In this document: positions 54,476-63,690 of the stretch, piece by piece
How the letters are laid out: each line of letters begins with the position of its first letter
How positions within the stretch are numbered: the stretch's first letter is position 1
DNA from: Candidatus Yanofskybacteria bacterium RIFCSPHIGHO2_01_FULL_41_26
Lineage (GTDB): Bacteria > Patescibacteriota > Minisyncoccia > 2-02-FULL-40-12 > GWA2-44-9
Length of the DNA stretch: 64,000 nt
Assembly (NCBI GenBank): GCA_001794055.1
Contig: MGJB01000001.1
Location: forward strand, 7,457-71,456
Reading direction: 5' to 3'
Made by a program: the position numbers and the translations under genes
Notes under the pieces: model-generated
The model's database searches: none
Seen by the model: only the letters and a program-made list of their open reading frames with translations
Told to the model about the DNA's origin: nothing

Positions 54476-54614
54476 AATTAAACCTTAACTAAAGGGTTAA
54501 GGATACGGAATGCAGAAAACCGTCGAAAGGCGGTTTTCTGTTTGAGTTTTTATAGATATAATGTGTTTATGAGGCCGGTTAATATAAAAAGTTTAAATCA
54601 TAAAGATGAGGCGA

Positions 54615-55357
54615 TGCGTCGGCATCGCCGGGCTTTTGTTTTGAAGATTGTTATAGTAGTGCTTGGGACGGTTGCCGTTGTGGCTGGAATAATTTATCTT
54701 TTGTTCTTTTCGAGGATGTTTGATGTCAGGGAGGTGAGTTTTAACGGTTTAGATACTGTAAGTTCAGATGTGTTTCGGACAAAAATAGAAGGAAATTTGA
54801 GTCAAAATCTACTCTCATATTTGCCTCGAAGAAACAATCTCTTTTTTGTGGGGGTTGGTGATTTTGAAAAAGAATTTGCCTCGGAATACCCAGTTTTTAA
54901 ATCGGTGAATGTCCAAAGGAAACTTCTTCATGGTTTGGTATTAAATTTTTTGGAAAGAAAACCAGTTGGTGTGTGGTGTTTCAAAAATGATTGCTATTAT
55001 TTTGATGAGGAGAAAGTTCTTTGGGGCCAGCCAGCCAAATCATCCGGCTTCATATTTCTGACAATAGAGGACGACAGACAAAACGAGAGCAAAAAAATAG
55101 ATGGCGACTTTTTTAGGCCAATAATGGAAATTGCAAAAAAAATGCCCGGAGAAATAAAAAATATAGTAATACCAGCAGGCTCATTTAACGAATTTCGTGT
55201 TTATACTGCTGATTACTATATTGCTTTTACTACGGACTCTGATGTTCAAAATCAGCTAGCTACCTTGAAGATATTCATGAATGACAAAAAGGGTGATCTT
55301 GATTTCCATCCACAATACATTGACTTAAGAATTGATGGGAGGGTTTATTATAAATGA
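54615..55357 (+). CDS. ftsQ: FtsQ/DivIB-like cell division protein (TM + POTRA-like)
   Basis: Basic N-terminus MRRHRRAF, single TM, periplasmic beta domain. Located upstream of murB. Confidence 0.55.
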
Positions 55358-56361
55358 TTATTAAGGAAAATGTGATTTTGGCGCCGTATACGACTTTTAA
55401 AATTGGTGGGCCGGCGAGATATTTTTGCGAGGTCGGGAATATTATTGAATTTCGCGAAGCGTTAAAATTTTCAAAAGAAAACAATCTGCGGTTCTTCATC
55501 TTAGGCGGAGGAAGCAATATTTTATTTTCTGGCAAAGGGTTTAGCGGGTTGGTTATAAAAATGGAGATTAAAGGGTTGAAATTCAAAGATGATAAAGATT
55601 ATTCAATCTTGATTGCCGGAGCTGGGGAAAGTTGGGATGATGTGGTTGAAAAAGCGGTTGAAAGAAATTTGGGCGGTATAGAAAATTTGTCGTTGATACC
55701 TGGCACGGCCGGGGGCGCAGTTTGTCAGAACATCGGCGCTTATGGTGTGGAGTTAAAAGATGTCTTGTTGGGTGTTGAAGTATTTGATGCAAAGTCTGGA
55801 GGAATTAAGACTTTTTTTAACAAAGATTGTCATTTTGGGTATAGAGATAGTGTTTTTAAAAACCGCGATGATTTAGTTATTTTGAAAGTGGATCTTAAAC
55901 TATTGAAAAATCTTGAACCAAATATTAAATATCCAGACCTTGTTAAATTTTTTGAAAATGTTACCCCGTCGATAGTTGGTGTTAGACAGGCGGTTATTAA
56001 TATTAGAAAGAAAAAATTGCCCTACCCATCTGAAGTCGGAAATGCGGGTTCGTTTTTTAAAAATCCAATTATAGAAATGTCCGGTTATCAATTTCTAATT
56101 TCTAAACACTCTGATTTAAAAGGGTACGATATGGGTAGTGGTTGGGTAAAACTTTTAGCCGGACAGCTTATAGAAAAATGTGGTTGGAAAGGGAAACAAC
56201 TGGGAAATGTTGGAGTGTCCGATAAGCACTCCCTAGTTTTGGTTAATTACGGAAATGGAACAGCGGAAGAAGTAATCCATTTTTCGGAGGAGATTAAAAG
56301 ATCGGTAAAAGATAGATTTGGAATAGAGTTAGAGCCGGAGGTGGAGGTTGTTGACAATTGA
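55354..56361 (+). CDS. murB: UDP-N-acetylenolpyruvoylglucosamine reductase
   Basis: FAD-binding domain (LGGGSNILF) and C-terminal MurB domain. Confidence 0.9.
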   Translation: MIIKENVILAPYTTFKIGGPARYFCEVGNIIEFREALKFSKENNLRFFILGGGSNILFSGKGFSGLVIKMEIKGLKFKDDKDYSILIAGAGESWDDVVEKAVERNLGGIENLSLIPGTAGGAVCQNIGAYGVELKDVLLGVEVFDAKSGGIKTFFNKDCHFGYRDSVFKNRDDLVILKVDLKLLKNLEPNIKYPDLVKFFENVTPSIVGVRQAVINIRKKKLPYPSEVGNAGSFFKNPIIEMSGYQFLISKHSDLKGYDMGSGWVKLLAGQLIEKCGWKGKQLGNVGVSDKHSLVLVNYGNGTAEEVIHFSEEIKRSVKDRFGIELEPEVEVVDN

Positions 56362-56381
56362 GTTTCAATTTGCTATAATGG
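56352..56381 (+). promoter_or_regulatory. Consensus sigma70 promoter TTGACA-17-TATAAT overlapping the murB 3' end
   Basis: ttgacaattgagtttcaatttgctataat. Confidence 0.55.
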
Positions 56382-56387
56382 ATAGAC

Positions 56388-56958
56388 AATAAGTTCTTTA
56401 CATATCGGGTCCTTAACTGGGCTCGAAAAAAGCCAGCAAATACCTCGAAATCTAGGCATTCAAGTAAGATATATTTGGCCTTAAAGGATGTAAACATTTG
56501 TGGAGTATTAATTTAAGTAGTTCTCAAGTTGTTAGTAATTTGCTGGTTTTTTTCGGGCTCTGTTAGTGGAGCCAAAGAATCGACAGAGGCTACGTTGCGC
56601 GGAGGGTTCGGAGGGTGCTCCGATCGCCAGTGATCCGCGACGTTGTTCCTCTGTCGAGTGCGGGAGTGGAGCCGGCGGGGAAGCCCCGGCAGTTCAACAG
56701 CCACACCGCAAACCTGGCCGGAGAATGGTGGATAACTCCGGGTCTCGCGTTGTTTCCAGCCAGGCGCTGGTGCGCGGGATTTTCAACCACTCGGGGGAGG
56801 CGCATCGCCTCCCCCCGTCTCGACTCACCGTGCGAGGTAGCATGCATGCACCGCCGTCGTCGCCGTCGTGGGGTGGCACAGGTCCGAAGAACCTGTAAGC
56901 CACAATAACCGAACGACCGCCTCGTCAGGGTTTCCCCTGACGAGGCGCTTTTTTATTT
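56388..56958 (+). ncRNA. Candidate ~570-nt structured non-coding RNA of unknown class (AT-rich 5' third with 23-nt long-range pairing, G+C-rich 3' two-thirds, intrinsic terminator)
   Basis: Promoter directly upstream. 56417-56443 pairs with 56537-56565. Multiple GC-rich hairpins. No RBS or convincing ORF. Terminator cgcctcgtcagggtttcccctgacgaggcgcTTTTTTATTT at 56918-56958. Confidence 0.45.
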
Positions 56959-57056
56959 AAAATTATGCTCAACCCTCCCCATTTTTGAGCATCGTGTTAT
57001 CTTCGGAGGTAAACGGTCTGCAAATGGAGAGGGGTTTCTCTGGCCTTTTTGTTGAA

Positions 57057-57160
57057 GCGACACCTTCATCCCAAAGAAGAACGTTCGGAGGCTACCCTGG
57101 GCCGAGATAGAGCAAAAATTCAGTAGAATTTTATGCGGTCTTCGTGGGATGAGGTGGCGC
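57057..57160 (+). repeat. Repeat family A copy 6, outer stem gcgacaccttcatccca / tgggatgaggtggcgc
   Basis: Core as in copy 5. Confidence 0.75.
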
Positions 57161-57190
57161 TGAAATTCTAGGTAAAGCAAAGTTTAATAA

Positions 57191-58942
57191 TTAAGGATTA
57201 ATTTTCCAGACGAAGATGGAATTGCCGATAACTTTAATTGGTTGATAGTTGGTAAGCCAGCCGTAATTTTTGTCAGTGGCGAGGGACTGTTGATAGAACG
57301 TTGCCGATACAGCGATATATCCGCCGGTCGGATTATCTGACATGAATTGGTCTTTAGTTTTGTATTTTTCGCTTGTCATCCAATAAAATTTATTACCCAA
57401 ATAATATGATTGATCAGCCCAGCCGAAATAATCAAGACTAATTTTTTTAATATCATTTCTATCAACCCAATCAGCCAGACGCTTTAAGTCTTGGCCCCAG
57501 TCAAGGTTTGAATCAACAACATATCTGTAACCGCCGGTTGGTCCGCCGGCTATTTGATTAAAATAAGTCAAGTAATAAGGAAAGATTATGATTGTTTCGG
57601 CCAATAACCAGGCACACAGAGTGCTTACGAAGACCAGATATACCCTCTTTGCCTTAACGCGTTCATAAAGAACGGATAGTTGACCCGCAACAAGAATGGC
57701 TGTACCACCATAGACTGGGATTAGATGTCTGATCCCAATATTTAAATTGGCGTTGATACTGATAATCCAATAAAAAAGCGCCCAGGAGAAGATGGCTGTT
57801 TCTGCGAAATGGATTCGCAGCCAGTTTTTCAGGCGCCGTTCTTTGGTGCGGGCATTTATAAAAAATGCGATTGTCGCGATGATAAAGAGTATTAAAAATG
57901 GAATTGGTTCTTTCAGGGCATAAATAACTGGAAAATATGATTTTACTGCTGTTTGATAAACGTTGCCCAAAAAGTAGGTTTGATTGCCGCCGACATTTCT
58001 TTGAAAAATCATCAACACCCCAAGACTGTATTGAGCAAATGGACGAAGTAAGGGTTTATCCGATGCCCATATAACAGGATCGGCAAAAAGCCGATTACCG
58101 TAAGAACCTAAAATAACAGCTGCATCCGCTTTTTGTTTTTCTCCGCTGTAATTTAAAAGATGCAATTGAAATATCGGACCGACAATGAATGCAAAACCAA
58201 CAATAATTATCAGAACTGCCTTCCAGGCCATGCTGATCATTCCCGATAATTTGTGCTGATTGGCGTATGCCCATATGACAGCCAGAAAGACGAGCAGGGG
58301 AATCAATAAGAATGCTGAAAACTTGGTTAGTTGACCGAGACCGAAAACAATCGCAGCCAACCAAAAGTTTTTGTTCCGCCAGCCGGCAGATTGATTTTCA
58401 AAATAGCGTTCAAAAAAATACAGTGTCGCTATAATGCCGGCGAGGAGAGCGATGTCAGTGGTAACTAGCCGGGAATGGGCAATAACGGTAGGAGTAAAAG
58501 AAAATAAGAATATCGCCAGAAGCGCAGCTTTGTCACCGAATAATTTTTTGGTCCAGACAAAAATTATCCATGCCGAAATAATAAAGAATAACAACATCGG
58601 CAGTTTGGCCGCGCGAACCAAAGTGATGGCATCGTTGCCTGTTTGGAAGATCAGGGCTCGGCCGAAATTCCATTGACCGTTCACGTCAGTTGGCCAGTTA
58701 GTGGGATATTTTTGAGAAAAGGCGCTTTGGTTTAGATTGAAAGGCAGCAAAGCCAATCCGGCCAGATCTTTAGCCAGTGGCGGGTGCTCCGGATTGAACT
58801 GATAGCTATGCTGGACGACATATGAATAACCGGCGCCGATGTGGGGAATTTCATCAACAACAGGCGAGTCATTCCAACCACTTGTAATTGCCAAGATGGT
58901 AGCCGAAGCAATTATTAGGAATGCTGTTAATTTGATTTTCAT
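57191..58942 (-). CDS. GT-C superfamily glycosyltransferase (PMT/ArnT, GT39/GT83-like)
   Basis: N-terminal DE motif loop (VVDEIPH) and HPPLAK motif typical of the PMT/ArnT family. ~12 TM helices. Confidence 0.65.
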   Translation of the reverse strand: MKIKLTAFLIIASATILAITSGWNDSPVVDEIPHIGAGYSYVVQHSYQFNPEHPPLAKDLAGLALLPFNLNQSAFSQKYPTNWPTDVNGQWNFGRALIFQTGNDAITLVRAAKLPMLLFFIISAWIIFVWTKKLFGDKAALLAIFLFSFTPTVIAHSRLVTTDIALLAGIIATLYFFERYFENQSAGWRNKNFWLAAIVFGLGQLTKFSAFLLIPLLVFLAVIWAYANQHKLSGMISMAWKAVLIIIVGFAFIVGPIFQLHLLNYSGEKQKADAAVILGSYGNRLFADPVIWASDKPLLRPFAQYSLGVLMIFQRNVGGNQTYFLGNVYQTAVKSYFPVIYALKEPIPFLILFIIATIAFFINARTKERRLKNWLRIHFAETAIFSWALFYWIISINANLNIGIRHLIPVYGGTAILVAGQLSVLYERVKAKRVYLVFVSTLCAWLLAETIIIFPYYLTYFNQIAGGPTGGYRYVVDSNLDWGQDLKRLADWVDRNDIKKISLDYFGWADQSYYLGNKFYWMTSEKYKTKDQFMSDNPTGGYIAVSATFYQQSLATDKNYGWLTNYQPIKVIGNSIFVWKINP

Positions 58943-58946
58943 TCCG

Positions 58947-59960
58947 TTATTTGAAATATCTCCAGTATTCCATAAATCCGATAGAAAACAAGAAAACGAT
59001 CATGACCAATGCAGTTATTACAGGGGCTTCGTGAACTGAATGAGCATCACGCATTGAATACCACGAACTTAATTTATCAAAGAACCACCAGATTCCCCGG
59101 GCGGTGAAAATCATTACCACAGGCAGAACACCAATAGTTATCAGTGTATTGTGGGCTGTGGCAGATAAAAATCCGGGTATAAGCACGATTAAGAACCATG
59201 CAAACAAGAGAGTGTGGATGGTTGAAAAGTGGCCATGCTTGCGCCTTAACCAGTGTATAAGCTCATTAATAAAACCGACAATAAAGAATATACCTATTGG
59301 CCAAGGTAAAAGTGGGGAATCCGAGAAGTTAAACATTCCTAAGGTTTTTACCAAGCTTGTGACAGATATATTTACCCCTACACTGGACATAGGGGCGGTT
59401 TGTTGCCAAAAAGATATCATGGCAGGCAAAGCAACCGCAAAAGCCGTCAAAGCAAGCAAGACGAAACCTTGAAGCAACTTGTTTTTGGCGTATTCGTATT
59501 TAGCGTGGTTAAAATCTTTTTTCAGATACCACCAATAATTTAAGAATAATAACATGACAACAATCGGCGTCGTGTAGAAAGAGGTGTTAGTATAAAATCC
59601 TAATCCGCCAAAAATACCGGCCATAGCAAAATCAGGCCGATGATTGTGTTTTAAACCCTTCCAAAGAAAATAGAAAGTATAAACAAGTACAAATGGAATT
59701 ATTATTGCGCTATCTTCCATTCGTGAAAAACTAACATGCCAGAAAGAAATTGCTGCAAGGTAGCTTGCAATAGCTGCTAAGCGCCACTCAAATAGTTCTT
59801 TAACTAACAGATAAAGCCCGATAATGGTGAGGACTCCAATGAGTGGCGGAAAGATGGTGCCCATCGTTGCGATGGGCACCATCATATAAAGACGGAAAAA
59901 AGAAGCAACTCCGACGATAATTAAAAAGATAACAAGCTCTTGTTTTTTTGTTTTTTGCAT
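58947..59960 (-). CDS. Polytopic membrane protein, possibly a second GT-C-like glycosyltransferase
   Basis: 337 aa with ~10 TM helices. Directly upstream (same strand) of the GT-C gene. Confidence 0.45.
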   Translation of the reverse strand: MQKTKKQELVIFLIIVGVASFFRLYMMVPIATMGTIFPPLIGVLTIIGLYLLVKELFEWRLAAIASYLAAISFWHVSFSRMEDSAIIIPFVLVYTFYFLWKGLKHNHRPDFAMAGIFGGLGFYTNTSFYTTPIVVMLLFLNYWWYLKKDFNHAKYEYAKNKLLQGFVLLALTAFAVALPAMISFWQQTAPMSSVGVNISVTSLVKTLGMFNFSDSPLLPWPIGIFFIVGFINELIHWLRRKHGHFSTIHTLLFAWFLIVLIPGFLSATAHNTLITIGVLPVVMIFTARGIWWFFDKLSSWYSMRDAHSVHEAPVITALVMIVFLFSIGFMEYWRYFK

Positions 59961-60022
59961 ACTTTTATATTCTAACAGAAAAGAAGTAAAGTTTTATCAA
60001 CAAACCGGAGATTGATTTTGTC

Positions 60023-60031
60023 GGGGGGGGG
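60023..60031 (+). repeat. G9 homopolymeric tract in the promoter spacer / 5' region of the 60048 gene
   Basis: ttgattttgtcGGGGGGGGGtgttatattcaaaatcATG. Lies between a -35-like TTGATT and a -10-like TTATAT. Confidence 0.85.
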
Positions 60032-60047
60032 TGTTATATTCAAAATC

Positions 60048-61700
60048 ATGGAAAGTATGCTTCAAGTCGAAAAACCAATAATCGCCGAAAAAAGCAGAGA
60101 CGAACTATATTTTGATACTCTCAAAGCCAAGAGGGATGTTTTGTCTTCTCATTATGCATTGGGCCAACTGCGAAAGGGCAGGAAAGTAGAGGAAATGTCG
60201 GATACCGAGGTTGAAGATTATAAATCAGTTAAAGAAGAATATGACAAGCGCAGAGAATTATTTCTCGTTTCATTTGGTAATTTAAACGAGAATGACAGTC
60301 AAAAAATTTCGGAGCTAACAAGCCTTACTAAAGTTGAGATTGCATTGTCTTCTTTGGATAAATCCACAGAAGCCAAAACTGAAGCAGCGGTTCCCGATGA
60401 AGTTTTAATAGGAGAAGGCCATGTTTTTAATAGTTTGATTGCTGTAGAGAGTCCTGATAGAGGCACAACAATGGCTGAAGTGAATAGGATGTTGAAATAT
60501 TCTCAAGATACTGCCCGTCCATTAGAAACCGCATACTGGGAATCTAAAAAAGCTGAACTTTTTGAAAGGCAGGAAGCCGAAACAAACCCAGACCGGCCGG
60601 CGCCAAAAGGATTTATGCAAAGAGCCAGAGATGCTTTTGAAAAGACAAAAGATGCTATTTTGGGGACCAATCGTATAAGCGGAGGTTCAGAAAGCGTTGA
60701 ATCAAGAATGTCTCCTCTTGGATTGAGATCTCAACCATTAACACAACCAGAAGCGGTGCCTCAACAATCCGAAAAAGAACCCAAGAAACCAAGCAAGTGG
60801 GGTTGGCTTAAAGAACGCGGAAAAGGTGTCTGGAATTTCGGCATTTGGGAATTTCATCAGGCGGAAAGATTAAGAATCAAAACAAAAGAAGTTGAAAATG
60901 ACGTTAGGGCTCTTGCAAGCAATATTCAACATGAGATAAATCTTGAACCGGAAGAAGCAGAAACAACCGCTTGGGAAATAGTTAACGAGCTTAAGGCAAA
61001 AAACTTGGACATTTCAGCTCCGGAATTTTTTGAAGCATCAAGGGATATTTTTGAGAAGAAAGCAAGGGAAAATGCCGAGCAGGAAAATTATATAATCCAA
61101 TCGGCATGGGAGGATCTTCAGGAAAAAGCAAAAAAATATCGGGGTGAGGCGGGCCAAGACGTGTTCACTGAAGAAGTCAGAGTTAAATTTGAATCAGACT
61201 TAAGAAAAGAATTACATAAAGTCCGCAACGGAGCCATAAAAGAAGACGTAGTTAAATTTGCGGGTGTTATGAGAAAAAATCTTGACGAGAACTGGCAATG
61301 GAGATATGTCTGGGGTGCGGCAGAGGCAGCGCTCGGTTTTATCGGAGTTAAATACCTGGTTATGAAAATAGAACAGGCGGCGCTGGCAAAATTAGCAGCT
61401 GCCGAGAAGGCCGCGGGTGCCGTAAAAGGCGGCGCTGGCGCTGTTGAACAGGCGCTTACTCAAAAGATGCACGAGAACGTTTGGACGACCTTAAAGGAAA
61501 TGGCCCAAAACGGTCCGCAGCATCTCAACTTGGATAATTCTACTTTGCAAGAGCTTAGTCAAAAGGTTTTGGATTTCAATAGTATGTATGAGCAGGAATG
61601 GGTCAATCAAGCCGTTGAGGGTCTTAGAAGCTCAAGAGTTTTACCTGAAGGATTACCGATCAACATACCCCCTGAAGTATTGAAAGTTCTTGGATATTAA
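60048..61700 (+). CDS. Hypothetical 550-aa charged/coiled-coil protein, possibly surface or secreted
   Basis: Long ORF with no recognisable domain. Single hydrophobic stretch near residue 430. Confidence 0.5.
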   Translation: MESMLQVEKPIIAEKSRDELYFDTLKAKRDVLSSHYALGQLRKGRKVEEMSDTEVEDYKSVKEEYDKRRELFLVSFGNLNENDSQKISELTSLTKVEIALSSLDKSTEAKTEAAVPDEVLIGEGHVFNSLIAVESPDRGTTMAEVNRMLKYSQDTARPLETAYWESKKAELFERQEAETNPDRPAPKGFMQRARDAFEKTKDAILGTNRISGGSESVESRMSPLGLRSQPLTQPEAVPQQSEKEPKKPSKWGWLKERGKGVWNFGIWEFHQAERLRIKTKEVENDVRALASNIQHEINLEPEEAETTAWEIVNELKAKNLDISAPEFFEASRDIFEKKARENAEQENYIIQSAWEDLQEKAKKYRGEAGQDVFTEEVRVKFESDLRKELHKVRNGAIKEDVVKFAGVMRKNLDENWQWRYVWGAAEAALGFIGVKYLVMKIEQAALAKLAAAEKAAGAVKGGAGAVEQALTQKMHENVWTTLKEMAQNGPQHLNLDNSTLQELSQKVLDFNSMYEQEWVNQAVEGLRSSRVLPEGLPINIPPEVLKVLGY

Positions 61701-61725
61701 TTTATTAACTTTGTATTAATTTAGA

Positions 61726-61816
61726 ACGTAGCTGGCTTGGCCAAATTCGAGGAAAAATCGAGTATTCGACTGAAACATAGTAAACTATGTTGAAGGAGAA
61801 GCGGAGATTTTAACGA
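61726..61816 (+). ncRNA. Conserved structured 5' leader (copy 2) upstream of the small acidic protein gene
   Basis: See 20366-20475. Confidence 0.5.
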
Positions 61817-61887
61817 AGAAGTTGGTCAAGAGCATACTGCCTTAATCTGCCGTAGACAGATGGCAGAGCGACCGGCAAGTTATAAAC

Positions 61888-62181
61888 ATGAATGAAGCAC
61901 AACAACAATTAGCGGACACAATAGGGGAATTGCTTGCCCAGTCGCCTCTGGATGACGAAATAAAAAATCGTCTTTTGGAAAAAATGGAAGAAATTCCCGA
62001 GAATTTGTTATTTCGACTGCAGGATGCTCTGGAAAGAGAGAAAGAAGAACTTGAAACGGTTGCTTTTGATATAGATATGTTTCTCAAAGATCAGGAGAAA
62101 AACTGGCAGGGAGTAGTTGAAGACCAGAAAAGGATTGCCGGAGAAGTGACCGATAAATGGGTTGAAAAACTCAAAACCTAA
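61888..62181 (+). CDS. Hypothetical small acidic protein
   Basis: 97 aa. Followed by hairpin aaacctcaattgaggtttaacctcaa and terminator aaaacagccaaaatggctgTTTTTT. Confidence 0.45.
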   Translation: MNEAQQQLADTIGELLAQSPLDDEIKNRLLEKMEEIPENLLFRLQDALEREKEELETVAFDIDMFLKDQEKNWQGVVEDQKRIAGEVTDKWVEKLKT

Positions 62182-62280
62182 CTCAATTGAGGTTAAACCT
62201 CAAGAACTCAAACCCGAGGTTTAACCTCATCAAATTAAATACCCTCAAAAAACAGCCAAAATGGCTGTTTTTTGAGGGTA

Positions 62281-62310
62281 TTGACAAAGTGGTGGCAAGT
62301 ATGCTATACT
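62281..62310 (+). promoter_or_regulatory. Near-consensus sigma70 promoter TTGACA-18-TATACT for cassette P3
   Basis: ttgacaaagtggtggcaagtatgctatact. The first 12 and last 11 nt are shared with the P2 promoter. Confidence 0.6.
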
Positions 62311-62390
62311 TGACTTACACAACGGAATGAATGTGAGATAGACCCTTGTCAACCAAGCTCCTGAAAAGGGGCACAACGAAAGGTAGAAAA

Positions 62391-62846
62391 ATGAATCCAC
62401 GCATTGTCGGCGTCGGCGCTCTCATCGCGGTTCTGTGCCTAGCCATCCTGGCGATTCTCGTGGGCTTCGGCGGCGACCGCGCGTCGGCCCTCCCGCAGGG
62501 TCCGACCGACCTCGTTGTTTATCAGGCCTATCAGGTCGCCGACTTTCGGTCGTGCAAGCTGGCGGACGGTTCGCTGGCGACGGAGTGGCATTTCGGCGGA
62601 GCGGATCGCTCGCGCCGAAATCAGCTGACGCCGGCGCTGGACGGCCGCGGCCGTCCGATCTTCCGGGTCGTGACGAACAATAGGAATCTCCCGGCTGGCC
62701 ACATGCGTTTGCGCATGGTGGCCGAAGCCGACCCGACACTCGAGGGCTTCAAATACGGCGACTATTCCTGGAATGGGATTGTCGTCGAGTACAACGGCCG
62801 CGTCGAGGACCAGCGGATCGTCGGTCCCTGCGGACCGGACCGCTGA
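62391..62846 (+). CDS. G+C-rich hypothetical secreted/membrane-anchored protein (cassette P3)
   Basis: ATG after gaaaggtagaaaa. N-terminal TM/signal (IVGVGALIAVLCLAILAILVG). Terminator hairpins at 62893-62947. Confidence 0.5.
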   Translation: MNPRIVGVGALIAVLCLAILAILVGFGGDRASALPQGPTDLVVYQAYQVADFRSCKLADGSLATEWHFGGADRSRRNQLTPALDGRGRPIFRVVTNNRNLPAGHMRLRMVAEADPTLEGFKYGDYSWNGIVVEYNGRVEDQRIVGPCGPDR

Positions 62847-62963
62847 AGGCCGACATCGCGCTTGCCCTGAGCTCGTCGAAGGGTACAATCGCCCCGGAGG
62901 GCGGAACCAGAAATCTTGGTTCCGCTCCTCTGGAGGCGGTTTTTTAATATTTGTCCAGATTCG

Positions 62964-63099
62964 CCCCCAGCCACATACCCCCGACTCGACCGATAGTTGA
63001 TTTGTTCCAGCGACAAATCACTATCTACATGCTCGGCATTTCGAAGAACCAAGCCGAAATGCCTGCGCAAGTTCTCCCTGTGGGTATGTGGACTGGGGG
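62964..63099 (+). repeat. Repeat family B copy
   Basis: TIRs cccagccacataccc / gggtatgtggactggg. Internal hairpin ggcatttcgaagaaccaagccgaaatgcc. Confidence 0.7.
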
Positions 63100-63120
63100 C
63101 TCTTAATTAATTAAGCCAAA

Positions 63121-63227
63121 GCGAAACCCTAATCCGTTAGAGGGACTTACGGAGTTCGGCGGAACGAGTACGAGGCAAAATTCCAGTCAGGAATTTATGC
63201 CGTGCCCGAGAATGGGTTAGGGTTGAG
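63121..63227 (+). repeat. Repeat family C copy (plus orientation)
   Basis: TIRs gaaaccctaatccgtt / aatgggttagggttgag. Reverse complement of 15110-15221. Confidence 0.7.
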
Positions 63228-63276
63228 CGCAACTTGTGGAATATTAGTTTTTGTTTTTATGTTACAATAAATACAT

Positions 63277-63681
63277 ATGTCAGAAGCAGGAGTGACAATT
63301 GAACAGGAAATAGCCCAACTGGAAAAACAGCTTCAGGAAAAGAAGGCTAATTTGGAGCAACAGCCGGAACAAAAAGAATCTCCTCCCGATAAGGAAATAT
63401 TGAGAGAGGTTGTCGGCGAGAAGATTCAACAAAATGCTCCCGCATATATTCCCAAACCGGCACCGCAAACTCAGACCGACGATACAGGCTCTATTCCAGC
63501 AGAACTCAAAGACAAGATTCAAGAATTGGTTAATTTGGTTTTTCAGAATAGTTTGGATCAGGGCATTAAACAAGCTATAAAGTCAGACAACCCCGCTTTG
63601 ATCGACGCCTTTCACGATGTATTGGTAGATCAGTTATATGATGCGCTTTTAGAGAGGAAAAAACTTGAATCAGTAAAATAG
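63277..63681 (+). CDS. Hypothetical protein (N-terminal coiled coil, Q/P-rich linker)
   Basis: 134-aa ORF. Confidence 0.4.
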   Translation: MSEAGVTIEQEIAQLEKQLQEKKANLEQQPEQKESPPDKEILREVVGEKIQQNAPAYIPKPAPQTQTDDTGSIPAELKDKIQELVNLVFQNSLDQGIKQAIKSDNPALIDAFHDVLVDQLYDALLERKKLESVK

Positions 63682-63690
63682 ATTGTCAAT

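Noticed and set aside
56388-56958. Identification of the structured RNA as tmRNA, RNase P RNA, SRP RNA or 6S
   Set aside because: gaatcgacagagg superficially resembles the tmRNA GGAUUCGACGGG block, and caggtccgaagaacctg resembles the SRP helix-8 region. The tRNA-like T-arm and CCA end, an ALAA-type tag ORF, RNase P CR-I/CR-V (GGAAAGUCCGGGC, ACAGAACCCGGCUUA) and SRP AGCAGC motifs are all absent. Left as unknown class.
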